DNA from: Octopus bimaculoides
Lineage: Eukaryota
Length of the DNA: 64,000 nucleotides
Direction of reading: 5' to 3'
Assembly (NCBI RefSeq): GCF_001194135.2
Contig: NC_068984.1
Span: forward strand, 53,888,911 to 53,952,910
Shown here: positions 1 to 14,021 of the stretch, piece after piece
How positions within the stretch are numbered: position 1 is the stretch's first letter
How the letters are laid out: each line of letters opens with the position of its first letter
Translations under genes and position numbers: made by a program
Notes under the pieces: model-generated
Seen by the model: the letters and a program-made list of their open reading frames with translations, nothing else
Database searches by the model: none
What the model was told of the DNA's origin: nothing

Positions 1-125
1 CTCTCTCCCTCTCTCTCTCTCACCCTCTCTCTGTCTCTCCCTCTCCCTCTCTCTCTCTCTCTCTCTACACACACATATATATTCATATGCACGTGTGTAT
101 ACATATATATATATATATATATATA

Positions 126-176
126 ACCCATGCTAGCATGGAAAGCGGACGTTAAACGATGGTGATGATGATGATA
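126..176 (+). mobile_element. Orphan 3' tail of the RTE-related LINE/SINE family
   Basis: ACCCATGCTAGCATGGAAAGCGGACGTTAAACGATG(GAT)n, the same as the tails at about 4955-5009, 17907-17952 and 32545-32594. The consensus includes the 14-bp palindrome CCATGCTAGCATGG. Confidence 0.8.
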
Positions 177-1424
177 TGTGTGCGTGTGTGTGTGTGTGTA
201 TATATATGTATATATATATTTGAATGTGTGTGTGCGTGTGTGCACATGCAAACAGACATACCTACAAAAATACCCTGTTGACATTGAAATTCCAATGAGG
301 GAGCATTGGATTTAGGTTAGAAACTGGCTCTTTCTCTATTGGCAAGAAATCTTGATATAAAACTGAGTAATGATAGACATACATACATACATAATACATG
401 TGTACATACGTTCACTTTAAACTGCACTGTTTTCCTTTCTCTGTTGGAGATGTCCATCTTTTTTCTTTGCATCACTTACTTGCACTATCTCTTCCTTCTC
501 ACCCTTTATCTTTCCATCCTTCTGTATATTTCACTAACTGCTTGCATGACTGCTCGTCTTGCTTGTTGCTGACTGATGGTTATTTTTTCTCCCTTCCATT
601 TTATCAGTCTCCCACATAGCTCTTTATATGATCTTTCTTTCTCTTTCACTTCCATCATTACAGCCATTTTTTTTTCTATCCAGTGTGACAAAAAAGAGAA
701 ACCAACCAGCAAAAATGGGCATGTCATTTGACATTCAATATATTAAGACAACCATGGTCATACTGTCTCCATCCCTTTGTATCATTTTATACTATTGGAA
801 TCCAATACTTTTTATCTTTACAGATGATCTCTGTCTCCTTGTATTTCCTCATTGTCTAGCATTTCTGACTTTCTGTCCATGGCCTCTCAGATAGTTGTTC
901 AGTATCAATACAGGTCTGCATGGTTTGATGCATAAGTGACAGATGAAAATTGTAACTTACTGTGTACTTCCAACTGGTTTGATTCTGCTCACGTCGCCAC
1001 TCTTCAATCACCATAAGACTTCAGTTGATGGAATGGCAAATGAGGTCACTCTGAAGAGACCTCAGCACATCATTGGGTTATATTGATAAATGCTTGAATA
1101 ACATGAGGACCACTTGCTGAGTGTCTGTGATTAGTATCTTGTGACAGACTGAAGCGAAATGACCAGTAATCACTTGAAACTGCAGGTTTTACATCAATGT
1201 TCCTCTCCTAGAAGTATGCTTTAGCAATAGCAAGGAATCCCTCACTCCCAGTGGTTTTATTGTATGCTTTGAAACCAACCAAGGGTATTTCTGTGTCCCT
1301 GTACTCAGATGGAGTGTCATCACATATTCTAGTTAACCCACAACTGGGACTCTGACAGCTATGGGTGCTTTGGGATTCTGTTCTACTATGCGGCAATTGC
1401 CTAATAAACTAATATTACCCCTGT

Positions 1425-1625
1425 GAAAGGCAGTAAGCTAACAGAATCATTAGCATGGTGGGCAAAATGCTTAGTGGCATTTTGACCATCTTTACATTCT
1501 GAGATCAAAGTTTGCCAAGGCTGACTTTATCTTTCATCCTTTCAGGGTTGATAAAATAAGTACTGGTCAAACATGGGCTAATGTAATAGACTTATCCACT
1601 CCCCAAAATTTGCCAAACTTTGAAG
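1425..1625 (+). mobile_element. SINE family C (core ...CTTTCATCCTTTCAGGGTTGATAAAATAAGTAC...), representative copy
   Basis: The core recurs at about 7210-7500 (-), 12590-12810 (-), 38400-38830 (-), 39610-40020 (-), 42080-42650, 43110-43260 (-) and 50450-50670 (+). It resembles the conserved central domains of Meta/Nin-type SINEs (from recall, not aligned). Confidence 0.7.
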
Positions 1626-1716
1626 CCAATATTTCCCCTGGACAGCACAATGGCAGTGTGCAGTGCCAAGACAAAAGGACACAAGCACCCCACCCCCTGA
1701 CACACAGACACACAGG

Positions 1717-1772
<56 letters not shown>

Positions 1773-1893
1773 ATGGCCATCTTTCAAGTTTCAGTATGCC
1801 AAATCCACTCACAAGCCTTGTGACTAAAACCTTGCAAGGCGAGTTGATTTGTGAAATACAGAAAATAGATGTAAAACGTTGCTGCTGCTGCTG

Positions 1894-1933
<40 letters not shown>

Positions 1934-4097
1934 TGGAAGTCGGTGGCAGAATCAGTAAGAGAGTGTCGAATAAAAGCCACTTGTAATATTTGATTATGTT
2001 TCTTTATGTCCGGGTTGACTTTGCCTTTCATTCTTCTTTGGGGAGTTGTTAAAATAAGTCAGATGGTTGAAACCAATGGAAGAATACTGACAGATCAAAT
2101 ATTGTGTTCTTATCTAAACATTGCAAATTAGGTTCGAGAGAAAAATAGAAATAAATCATTTGATGTTTTAAGTAGTCCGCTTATAATGTAAGAATTAATC
2201 TTAAGAAGCATTAAAATATTTCCTTTCCAGTTAAAAACCTTTCTATTATTGCTTTTATAAAAAGGAAACACAACAAAACTAAACAAAAATAAAAGAATAA
2301 ACAAACAATCTAATATTGCTTTGGGTTTTTTGTAGATTTGAAAATTCTAATTTTTATTAATTTTTGTTTCTGCTATTAGCTTCTTTGATATTAAATTTTA
2401 ATTGAGTATTATAGTAAATGTATGTGGGCTAGTGGTTAAGGTGTTGCACTCATGATCATAAGATCATGGTTTCAATTTCTGGACTAGGTAGTGCATTGTT
2501 TTCTTGAGCAAGACACTTCATTTCCCATTGCTCTAGTCTCAGGGTGACTGTTGTAATCTCAATCACTTATATCCCATAGGAACACACCATAAGCCCTCTC
2601 ATTTTACGCCCATTCACTTATTCTTTTTGCAAGTATATCATATCTGTGTTGAGCAGGAAGTTTTATTTTGAAATGCTTGTAAGCCCATTTTAACTATCGA
2701 CTTCTTATAAAAGCTTAACTCAATTGATTTCTGATGACAATAAGAACAGAAAGTGCCCATACAGTAGGATTGAACCTTTAACCATGTAGTTTTAATGTGA
2801 ACTTCTTAACCACACAGCCAGAAACTGTTTACATCTTAGCTACTCACTTTTCACTTTGGCTATTCATGGTCTCATCATAAGCAACTAAAAAGTATATAAA
2901 TAGCAAATTGAAAGGAAAAATTAAGGAAGAGGAAAAATATTAAGTTGTGTCTTTTCTTTTCCCAAAAGTACTGGTGATGCATACAAAGTTGTACCAGGTG
3001 AGAAATGAAATTAGACCACGGGCTTGGTTTGCTGAAGACTTGCCTCTATTACAAATCTTTCTATATTTATCTTTAAATATCAAGTTAGAACAATGCTGTA
3101 TGTCATCTGTAGTTAGCTTCTGGCAGATAAGTCTCATAAAACAGTTTTTCTTCTCTTGTAACAAAATCTTCCTGCCGTGTCAGCATACATGCCTTTACTC
3201 CTCCAATATGTCTCGATCAATATATTTACTCTGATCATAACTGAGATAATCAATATTTCTGATAAGCTTGTCTGAAGAAGTCTAATGTGAAGTTTCATTT
3301 TACCATCAGTTGAACAATTTTGGCTTCCACTTACTCATAGAAATTATTTCTCTTTTATATTTAGCTCAATTGTATCAATTTTCCATTTGAATATTTTAGA
3401 TTTGCTTTTTCTATGGATGTTTTTTCTTACAAATAAATCTGTGACTTAGGTGTCAAACTGAACTTGTGATAACCTCTTACAACCACTTAGGTGCTTTCAG
3501 GTTGGTGTCGAGCTAAACTCACCACAACCTAACTATATATATANNNNNNNNNNNNNNNNNNNNNNNNNNNNNNNNNNNNNNNNNNNNNNNNNNNNNNNNN
3601 NNNNNNNNNNNNNNNNNNNNNNNNNNNNNNNNNNNNNNNNNNNNNNNNNNATATATATATATATATAATAAATATTCAATTTAATAAGAGATTTGAGGAA
3701 GCAGATATCTCAATTTTGCTTCAGTAATTTAAATTTGCATTGAATGAAATCGACACTTTTCTCCAGTATTTGTGTAAGTGTGTGTGTTACACAGTTTTTT
3801 TTCTTTTTTTTTTGTAGTAAGCCAAAAGGTCTTTTTCTAAGATTAACAATAGAAGTAGCCATAATGACAGATATGATACTTGAGAGACCTGCAATAGGAA
3901 ATGATATTTTAGAAGGAAGGATATGCAATGATTGTGGTGATGACAAAAGTTATTAAAATGGTGGAAGCAATAATGCTGGATATGTTTTCAGTGTCAGCAT
4001 TTAACAGAATTGGCAGTGTTATAAGAGCATCAAACAGAGCGACTTGCAGCATTTGTTCTGGTTTTCTGTACCCTGAGTTCAAATTCTGCAAAGGTTA

Positions 4098-5009
4098 AGG
4101 CAGTGAAACATGGGCTGTAACTGCTGAGGACATACGTAAGCTCGCAAGGAATGAAGCCAGTATGCTCCGTTGGATGTGTAATGTCAATGTGAATACCCGT
4201 CAGAGTGTAAGTATCTTGAGAGAAAAGCTGAACATTAGAAGCATCAGTTGTGGCGTGCAAGAAAGACGATTGCGCTGGTATGGACATGTGGTGAGAATGG
4301 AGGAGGATAGCTGCGTGAAAAAGTGCCACACCCTAACAGTTGAGGGAACCCGTGGAAGAGGTAGGCCCAGGAAGACCTGGGCTGAGGTGGTGAGGCAAGA
4401 CCTTCGNNNNNNNNNNNNNNNNNNNNNNNNNNNNNNNNNNNNNNNNNNNNNNNNNNNNNNNNNNNNNNNNNNNNNNNNNNNNNNNNNNNNNNNNNNNNNN
4501 NNNNNNNNNNNNNNNNNNNNNNNNNNNNNNNNNNNNNNNNNNNNNNNNNNNNNNNNNNNNNNNNNNNNNNNNNNNNNNNNNNNNNNNNNNNNNNNNNNNN
4601 NNNNNNNNNNNNNNNNNNNNNNNNNNNNNNNNNNNNNNNNNNNNNNNNNNNNNNNNNNNNNNNNNNNNNNNNNNNNNNNNNNNNNNNNNNNNNNNNNNNN
4701 NNNNNNNNNNNNNNNNNNNNNNNNNNNNNNNNNNNNNNNNNNNNNNNNNNNNNNNNNNNNNNNNNNNNNNNNNGGCACATAAAAGACACCATTTCGAGCG
4801 TGGCCGTTTTCGTGCGGGTGACACGTAAAAGCACCCACTACACTCTCTGAGTGGTTGGCGTTAGGAAGGGCATCCAGCTGTAGAAACTCTGCCAAATCAG
4901 ACTGGAGCCTGGTGTTGCCATCCGGTTTCACCAGTCCTCAGTCAAATCGTCCAACCCATGCTAGCATGGAAAGCGGACGTTAAACGATGATGATGATGAT
5001 GATGATGAT
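4098..5009 (+). mobile_element. 5'-truncated RTE-clade LINE (C-terminal RT region, 3' UTR and (GAT)n tail), spanning a gap
   Basis: Translates GSETWAVT...MLRWMC...RRLRWYGHVVRM...GRGRPRKTW, typical of the RTE C-terminus. After the gap come the 3' UTR, the palindromic stem and (GAT)n. Confidence 0.9.
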
Positions 5010-5152
5010 TATTTACATTTGACAGATAGTTGCCCTCATCTTGTTTCTTGTTAACATGTTTCGGCTGATATACCCTCCAGCCTTCATCAAGGTGTCTTGG
5101 GGGAAACTTTGAACCTGGGTTCTCATTCCTAAGGTATTTTTCAATGTTGTTG

Positions 5153-5201
<49 letters not shown>

Positions 5202-5291
5202 GGGCATAGTGGTTAAGAGCGTGGGCTACTAATCCCAAAATTCCGAGTTTGATTCCAAGCAGTGACCTGAATAATAATGATAATAATAATG

Positions 5292-5330
<39 letters not shown>

Positions 5331-5361
5331 GGGAAAAATGCCTTAGGAATGTGAACCCCAA
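5010..5361. mobile_element. Composite: inverted 3' module, (ATT)n, tRNA-derived head, (AAT)n, start of a second 3' module
   Basis: 5200-5272 matches the head at 45038-45110. 5010-5142 is the reverse complement of the module at 45125-45260. 5331-5361 starts the same module in forward orientation before a gap. Confidence 0.75.
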
Positions 5362-5763
5362 NNNNNNNNNNTTTTTTTTTTTTTTTTCTTTATCAATAAA
5401 TACATTATCAGCCCAAGGTGGTGGTTGGGAAGGTTGGCAGAGAGCATCAGGAAAAATGTTTTGTTCTATTTCTTTGTGTTCTGACAGCAATGCTTATGAT
5501 GATGTTTGTCTCAGTCTGTTTTGTCTCCTGCCTCTTCTGTTGGACAGTACTGTTAGCACAAGAAGAGGAGACTTGCATGTATCAATAATTACTGATCTTT
5601 CATAAAATACTTTGCCCAAGCCTGCACCCTGAAGAGGAATTTTGCAGGTGTAGATCCATAGTGTCACAAGATACAGAGAGGGTTTGGAAGACAGCAGTAG
5701 TCTTGAAGATATTTTACTGTGTTACTTGTGGCATTACATATATTTAAAGTGGTAATTGTTTTA

Positions 5764-5990
5764 TTAACTCTTTAGCATTCAGATTATTCTGTCTAATGCA
5801 ATGCTTATATATTCACATTGTTTTGAGTTAATTATGCATTCTCTCATAGCTTCAAGACTTTAATGATGTGATTATTAACTTTTAGAATGAGATTGTAGTG
5901 TAGGTGTGAGAGGTTGAATCTGGCTAGTTTGAAAATAAACAAGATACATATTTGGGTTGAATTTGGCCCAATTAAATGCTAAAAGGTTAA
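5764..5990. mobile_element. TTAA-flanked MITE (piggyBac-like ends)
   Basis: TTAA-CTCTTTAGCATT ... AATGCTAAAAGG-TTAA. A reverse-oriented copy lies at about 13756-13983. Confidence 0.65.
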
Positions 5991-7599
5991 ATATACTTAG
6001 CAGTGGTAATTGTGGTATTAAATATATTTATAGTGGTTGCTAGTGTATTATCAAATATATTTAAAGTGGCTCTTGGGGTATAATGATAGCTGTTACATGA
6101 ATTATATCTTCAGGGTAATTGTGGTGCTAAACATATTTACAGTGGTAGCTGTAGTGTTAAGAATTTTCGTAGTATATATTGTCAGTATCTTTGATAAAGA
6201 TATCTACAACAACAGCAGCAGTATTGATGATACTTACAAAGTAAGTATCATTATTCATAAAGATATTTATGACAGAGTCGTAAAAAAAGTTTTAATAGCA
6301 TATAACAGAACTAATGAGAAAATGAATCACTTGAAATGTAAATTTTATAAAAGTAACTATGTTTACAAACATGAGTCTAATGAAGTAATATCTTTACCTG
6401 ATAGTTTTCTTTATTTAATAGCATTGGTTTTTTTGTGATTTTGATTTTACAATAATACAGTACAAAATGGTTTAATGCAAAATGATTGTACTAGAAACCT
6501 TTTTAAACCTACTCTTTGTTGAATATTTTTTAGTTTGTGTTAACATACAAGAATAATACCATTGTTAATGCACAGCTGGCTGGCTGTTACTTATTTCCAA
6601 GTAAACTAGATGATCTGCCTTTGCATTTTAACAATTTTCTATGTGGTAAGAGTGAAGTAATTAACTCATGACCATTTTCATATGTTAGCAAGTCACTTTG
6701 TGTCTTTTGTTCTTGATTTTGTTGTTTTCTCTTTTCCAACTTTGCATCTATCCCCCACCCCCAAAAAAAAACATATGGTCATGTCAATATGGAGTTGGTC
6801 TTCTAGTCAAAAAACTGGCAATTTGTATCCTGTCACTATCTATGACAAAAACATTTAAAAAACAATGTTCTGTACACTTGGGTGTGAATTTGGTATCATG
6901 TAATTTATCTTATTGAGGTATATAAATTACCTTTAAAGTATAATTAAATCCTTTGCCCTGGGACTGATCAATGATCCCAGAGTTTATTGTTCAGCTTTTT
7001 AGTGCTTGTGTGTCATAGGTTTTGTTTCATGGATGCTGCTGATGTAATTTTTGCCAGGAGAAAGAGAGAATCAGTAGACTCTTTATAAATGGAATATTTG
7101 AGAGAGCTTTTGGTATGGTCTTGTTAGCTGAAAACCATAAATAGAAATATATGACAGAAAAAAAAGTGAGAATAATAATATTGGTAGAAAACCTGAAATT
7201 ATTGTAATATCAACCCCAGTGCTCAACTGGTACTTCTTTTATTGACTCAGAAAAGATGAAAGGCAAAATCAACCTTGTCTTAATAATAGAGGCTTCAAAT
7301 TTTGGCATAAGGCCAGTAGTTTTGTTGGGGAGGAGTCTGGTCTATATTGACCCCAGTACTCAGCTGATATGTATTTTATAGGCCCCGAAAGGATGAAAGG
7401 TAAAGTTGACCTCAGCAGCATTTGAACTTAGTACATAAAAATGGATGAAATGCTACTAAGCATTTTGCCTGGTGTGCTAACGATTCTACCAATTTGCTGC
7501 CGTAATAATGATGATGATGATAATAATGATAACAACAACAGCAATAATAATAATAGTTCTTAATTTATGCACAAGGTCAACAATTTTGAAAAGAAGGAG

Positions 7600-8400
7600 G
7601 TTACTCAGCATCTAAAAACTGAGCCTAACTTTATTGATATAAAATAAGTATGGGATTAGATGTACTCTAAGAAGAGCTGAAATAATTAAATCTCAAAAGA
7701 TTAAGTAATGAGAAAACTAGAACACAACTAACAATGCAAGCACTTAGGAATAGATGACTTTGTTAAAACATAGCAAACAGAGATGAAGGACAAGGTTTGA
7801 AAGAAGTATGACTGCAGGGTTAATAAAAACTGAACTTGGTGCTAGATATAAGGTTATAAATATATTAGCTGTCCTAATCATAAATTACAGTTTCACTGTT
7901 ATAAATTGAAAATTAAGGGAACTAAAATGTCTAAATATAAAATATCCAGAAAATTACTCGTTATGTTCTTAGCACAATTCTGAAGTTAATTGAGGTAGAT
8001 TATATCTACCATGTACTCAATCAGCAAGAGGCTTTGCAAATAGAGAAATGCATCTAGAAGCATAGAAGCAAGTAAAGCTAGTTTGATTAGCATAAAAATA
8101 TAATATAAAATAAAACAAAAATTTTAAAAATTAAGAAAAAGGTAACTTTTATCTGTGTGTATTTTAGCAAACAATAAAGTACAAACTAAAAGTTAAATAT
8201 ACTTGTGGGAAAGGGAGAATTATAAAATAACTGAAATGATTTAGAAAAGCATATCAAAAGATAAAATGAAACTAGAATTCCAAAAATGGGAAGAAAATCT
8301 TCTTCATGATAATATCTTGCAAGTCTGGATGGATGTAGAGAAAGTGAGCTAATTATGAAAGTCAACAAGGACTCAAAAAAATTTCTTCTCTCAAAGCAAA
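7600..8400 (+). pseudogene. Decayed R4/Dong-like (RLE-type) LINE fragment
   Basis: Reading through stops gives ELGARYKVINILAVLIINYSFTVINWKLRELKCL, followed by KWEENLLH. This resembles the EL..KNKI.AIN..A.PV..YSF.II.W and W..K.LHG blocks after R4-clade RT. Confidence 0.5.
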
Positions 8401-11400
8401 AATGGAAGGTTTAATAATATTAACATGACATCAATACTTAACCACAAATAAAAAACTAAAAAAAAACTACCAAAATAACAAAACATGAGGTTAAATTAAA
8501 TCAGCATAATGAAAGAATTGACTTTATCATTTCTAAGTTCTAGCTTTTGCAAGAAGCAGGAATATATCCATGTATACGACTGGGTAGATGGTTATATCGA
8601 TTGGGATATATGTTGACACTTCAACATCAAAACTGTAAAGAAATGGTATAAGCAGGTACCAAAGCTAATATGTCACAGGTCACAGCGACATAGCTGAAAT
8701 AGTTGGGTGGGTGTATTGCTAAGAATATCAATGTAAATTACTCATAATGTATCATAATAAAAGTGAGAAAAGAAAACCTGTACCCTCTGATAGACATGTG
8801 GTCCTTTCAGAAAGAAACACTACTCCAGGAGTTGATAAGGTCAAGAGCAATTCCATAATCAGCTTATAGAAACCTGCTACAGATAACCATTTTATCTAGT
8901 GCTACCGGTTCATGGTTGAGTGGTTGCTGACTAAACTACACCTCTCCGTCACCAATTGGCTTACCTAGCAAGGAGGGTGTTTGAGCACCTAGTAGGATTA
9001 AAATACAAAATCTGTCAAAGGCAGATGAGTCCCTTCAGATATTATGGCACCAATATTATGGAGATGGTAACTGTCAAGATTATCGACCCCAGGGAAACAT
9101 TTGAAGGTATGTTACATCAATATTTAATTCTATACTAGACTGGCTAACTGCATAAAATAAGTCCCAAATAAAGAGGATTGAAAAAACCTTGATTAAAAAT
9201 AGAAGCAAAATATCAAGTACCCTAATAGCAAAAATGTTACTGGAAAATGAAAATGCAAAAAGTAATATGTGAGGTATTAAGTTATAAATAGGGTCAATAA
9301 TAGTTTATACTCTGAATGGGATGAAAGAAACAACATAAAAACCATTCTAGGACTCAAGTTTTTACACCATGAAGCAGTGAGGGAACCATTACAAAGTCAC
9401 TTGATCTGATAACAATATAAACCAAACTTCCTTCAAATCACATCCTAATGTATTAAATAAGGAAGGACACAATGGATAATATAGTTCTAGGCACACACTA
9501 TCTATAAAAAAAAGCCTGGATGGTCATCAGTGGAACATCTTTAATTGTAGGTTTGCTAAACTGGAGCTGACTTGGGACACGACCGCAACAACTTTATATG
9601 TATCCCCACAAAAACTAACCCCATATTCTAGCTCTATATTAAATTTTAGACCAATAATTACAGCACACATCGTATATCTTACGTAAGCATTTGCTGAAAC
9701 TATAAAACTTTTCACATTAAACAAAATAAAACAAACTCTGTAAGTCAGCAGCAACTTATGAGTAACAGAAGCGCATTTCCACCTTTCTGAGTGACAACAC
9801 TTCCCCTGATCAACAATAAAGTGTTGCATGTGGTTGTTCAGGGAAAAACAGGCATGAAACTATTGCAAACACTTAATGATGGTATGTGTGTGCCCATGTT
9901 TTTGCTTCTGTTTACATAAGTCTAAAATTTAATCTCGTTTGTATTGTGACCCTTCATGTCCCATAACTTATTAATCCAACATATTAAGTAGTATACTGAA
10001 ATATGTACTTGGGTTGAAGTGATTGAATGGAAACAGTGTCCCAGCATAGCTGCTGCCATGTTCATAAACTTATGATGCCTATAAACTTATGTTAATAACA
10101 GAAATTTTTTTTTAAAAACAAAGGAGGAATGTTAGACAATTAAATTCAGATGTTTACTTAAGGATACAAACAACAAAACACTTCAGTTAGGAAGTATAAT
10201 ATTTTGCTCCTTTGTTGTCACATCTTAGAAATAACATTCTTTTATTTATTATTTTCAAGGCAAAAGGTAAATGTTTTAGAAGTTGTGTAGCTGGCTGAAA
10301 TACTTTTTAATATAACGTTTCAATTAGATGCACAAAATGTATACTTAAAAGTATAAAATTGATGTTTGGTCAACATCAGGGAAAAATCAAAGCATAAAAG
10401 ATGGTACTGCAAGCTGTTTGAATAGAAATTTCCAATGCAGATAAGAAAACATTAAAGTTTGAAATTCAACAATAGTAACAAAATTACAAAGCAACCTGAG
10501 AGATTTAGTTTTTATAACACAGAAAAAATGAAAATTTAAAGATTTATTTATAACATAATCTTATTTAAAAAAAAAAAAAAAGAGGTGATATGATAATTAT
10601 TTTTTAAAGATGTATTTTTCCCAAGCTAAATTAAAATTGAGTTTTGATATTTTCAAGAAATTACCATTCTCATTTTGTGATTTTAAATTATCAGAAATTC
10701 TTTCCTGTAAATATTTTTTTTTAAACTAGTGTTTTGAAGTCCTTTTTGCTCTTCAGCTCTCTGTAGACCATAGGTGATAAACATATGCTTTCTAGTTCTT
10801 TCCATCTTCCTTCATTTCTTTGGCATTTGTAAAAAGACCTTGACCAATGGATATCAACATCTCACTTGCTCAATAAATACTAGGTTCTGTTGTTTTTTTT
10901 ATGCTTTTTAATAAAGAGATGTAAGCATGGTTGTGTGGTAAGAAGTTTGCTTCCCAACCATATGGTTCTGGGTTCAGTCCCACTGTGTGACACCATGGAT
11001 AAGTGTCTTTTACTATAGTCCCATGCTGACTGAAGTCTTGTGAGTGTATTTGGTGGATGGAAACTCTTTCTTAGGATCTTCGGACACTAAGAACTACCAT
11101 CATCATCCTCATCATCATCCTCAAGCTAAAAAACAAATTTGTTTTCAATTTAGGGTGGTTAAAGGCTATTAAAATTTATATTTTTCTATCCCTGTCCCTT
11201 GTGAGTATGCCTGGCATTTTGCCACCATCTCTATCTCTATCCTGCTGTCTCCTACTCTCTCATCTTCTCCTGCACTTTCCTCAGGTTGGGTAACCATGTA
11301 TTTCCTTTGTGGTAGCGCACCTGTTTCTGTCTTCATTCTTGATCTCTCTCTCTCTCTTTCTCGCTCTGTGGCCGGGTAAACTTGTACTTCCTCTACAGCA

Positions 11401-11519
11401 AGTTTCTGTTTCTCTGTCTCACTATAACCGTTTATCATCCAACACAAGATCACCTCTTCCAATGCCTCCTCTCCTCTTGAAAGGTTTTTTTTTTTGTCTT
11501 GCAAGTACTTGGTGACCCT

Positions 11520-11808
11520 GTCAGTGCAGGTGCCACTTAAAACCACCCAGCCCACACTGTAAAGTGGTTGGCATTTGGAAGGGCATCCAGCTGTAAAAAC
11601 CTTGCCAAAACTGACCTCACCTGTGCTTGTACCACGTAAAAAGCACTAAGTCCACTCTGCTGTGTGGTTGGGGTTAGGAAGGGCAAACAGCTGTAAAAAT
11701 CCTGTCAGAACAGTCACAGAAGTCTGGTGCAGGCTCCTGCCTGGCCGGCTCTTGGGAAACTGTTCCACCCATGCTAGCATGGAAGGCGGACATTAAATGA
11801 TGATGATG
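11520..11808 (+). mobile_element. Diverged RTE-tail SINE/LINE 3' fragment
   Basis: Two GGAAGGGCATCCAGCTGTA-type modules, CCCATGCTAGCATGGAA and a (GAT)n tail. Confidence 0.75.
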
Positions 11809-12039
11809 CTTCAAATTAAATTTAGTGAATTTTATTCTCAGTAAGGTTTTAAGGTATTATTTAGATTTGTAATAATCATTGGTATAATCTCTGGCTAGGT
11901 TGGACATCATTAGAATTTGTATGGGTTTGTAAATATTTGATTCCATATGTTTTAGCTAATTCATAAAAAATTGTTTAAACAACAGTGTTGACACTTGTTT
12001 GTGAGTGGACAAGGCAAATAGAAGAATTTAACATCATAA

Positions 12040-12562
12040 TCATCATCATCATCGTCGTTTAACGTCCGCTTTCCATGCTAGCATGGGTTGGACGATTTGA
12101 CTGAGGACTGGTGAAACCAGATGGCTACACCAGGCTCCAATCTGATTTGGCAGAGTTTCTACAGCTGGATGCCCTTCCTAACGCCAGCCACTCAGAGAGT
12201 GTAGTGGGTGCTTTTTACGTGCCACCGGCACGAAGGCCAGTCAGGCGGTACTGGCAATGGCCACGCTCAAAATGGTGTATTTTATGTGCCACCTGCACAA
12301 GAGCCAGTCCAGGGGCACTGGCAACGATCTCGCTCGAAAGTCCTTACACATGGCGCGGGCACAAGTGCCAGAAAGGCGACGCTGGGCACAGGTGCCATCA
12401 GAATTTCGCTTTCGCTTGCCCCAATAAGTCTTCACAAGCTGAGTTTTGTGTCCAATGAGGGAGACGACGTCGGCATGGGTGCCAGAAGTCAAATTTAACT
12501 CGATTTCGATTTCACTTGCCTCAACAGGTCTTCGCAAGTGGAGTTTAGTGTCCAATGAAGGA
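12040..12562 (-). mobile_element. Non-coding RTE-tailed element (modular 3' UTR-type SINE), low divergence
   Basis: Reverse-strand (GAT)n tail, palindrome and repeated TGGCAC(G/A)TAAAA modules. It carries an internal duplication of TTCATTGGACAC(T/A)AAACTC...GAAGAC. Confidence 0.8.
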
Positions 12563-13119
12563 AGGAAGGTAACAGAATATTATAATTATTTCTAACTTCA
12601 GCACAAAGCCAGGAATTTTAAGGGGATGTAGATTATTGATTACTGTGACAGCCAGTGATTAACTGATAGTTATTTTATTGGCTCTGAAAGGATGAAATGC
12701 AGTATCAACCTTGGCAGAATTTGAACTCAGAACGTAAAGAGCTGGAAGAAGTACCACGAAGCATTATGTCTGACATGCTAATGATTCTCTCACTTCACTT
12801 CCCTAACAAAGGAATATAACGAAACAGATTATAATGTTGTGTAATTATAATATGATATAATTTAAAATGTATCATATATAATAAATAATATAAAATGTTT
12901 GAAATGAAACTGAGCATTTAAAAAACATTATGATTTGTTGCTTCTTTATAATTTAATCAGACCTATCTCCTTTGAAATACCCCACCCCCCACCCACATAA
13001 TGTTGGTGTACTGCTCCCAGCATTTTTTCCAGTTTTAGAATGTATTTTCAGGAATAGTGTTCAGTTCCCATAGCAAATTTTTCTTTGATCTCTTCCATTG
13101 TTTGAAATCATTGAAGGCA

Positions 13120-13345
13120 CGGTTACCACCACCACGACTACCACCACCATCACTACCACCACCACGACTACCACCACCATCACTACCACCACCACCACCA
13201 TCACCACATTCAGTGTCACTACATCAAACAAAACATCAACCCAATCCACCAATCAGTATTAATACTACTACTACTACTACTACTACTGCTGCTGCTGCTA
13301 CTACTACTACTACTACTACTGCTACTACTACTACTACTACATCAC
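13120..13345. repeat. (CCA)n/(CTA)n/(CTG)n trinucleotide low-complexity block
   Basis: Directly visible; the source of the spurious poly-P/poly-T ORF. Confidence 0.9.
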
Positions 13346-14021
13346 CTACAGTCACTATTGAGATGGTGGCAAGATCAAAACAGTGGGCATGCTAGCTATG
13401 GAGATGTGGTAGGTATATGGGGTGTTAGTGTTGTTGGAGGTTACTGTTGTGATGGTGGTATTGCAAGTGTAATCTAAATGCTAAAGGGTTGAAGCTGACC
13501 ACTACAGCTTGTTTTTCTTTCAGGGTGTAACCACACACCTAGCTTTTGCTTTCCTAGACTCAAAAAAACAGTAGATCTCCTGCCAAGGCATCCTGATGCT
13601 GCAAAGTGCTCATTGTAACAATGGGTTTATGTTAACACATTTAGTGAAACATAATAAATAAACCTTTATAAATCAGTGTTTCTCAACCATTTTTTACCTG
13701 TGGACCCCTTTTCATTCCTATTTTACTCGGATGGACCATCCTAGCCATTCAATGTTTATCCCTTTAGCATTTAATCCAGCCATATCTAACCCAAATATTC
13801 TACGAGTTTTATGTTAAAACTGACCAGATCCAACTTCTCACACCTACCCCACAACGCCATTCTAAAAATGTACAAACACACCATTGAAATCTTGAAGCTA
13901 CAAAATAATATGTGATTAATTTAAAACAATGTGAATAAATAGGCAATACATTTGACAAAGAAATCTGAAAGCTGAACGGTAAAAATATCATATATTTTTA
14001 TAATTAAATATTATTAAGAAT

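Noticed and set aside
4920-4945. CUGAGGA-CUGGU-GAA-ACCAG hairpin antisense to RTE tails
   Set aside because: It is followed by AUGG rather than GAAA, and has no helix III or NUH. It is simply a stem-loop in the RTE 3' UTR.
9551-9682. AG/GT-bounded 132-nt open frame (FAKLELTWDTT...), with an antisense 100-aa ORF and nearby donor-like sites at 8965 (-) and 9106 (+)
   Set aside because: Weak pyrimidine tract, no recognisable homology, and phases that do not chain with the neighbouring candidate exon.
11169-11555. 128-aa - strand ORF
   Set aside because: It starts in an RTE-tail repeat, includes a (GA)n tract and has no recognisable domain.
13057-13395. Pro/Thr-rich 112-aa ORF resembling a mucin or extensin
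   Set aside because: It is translated trinucleotide microsatellite with no splice support.
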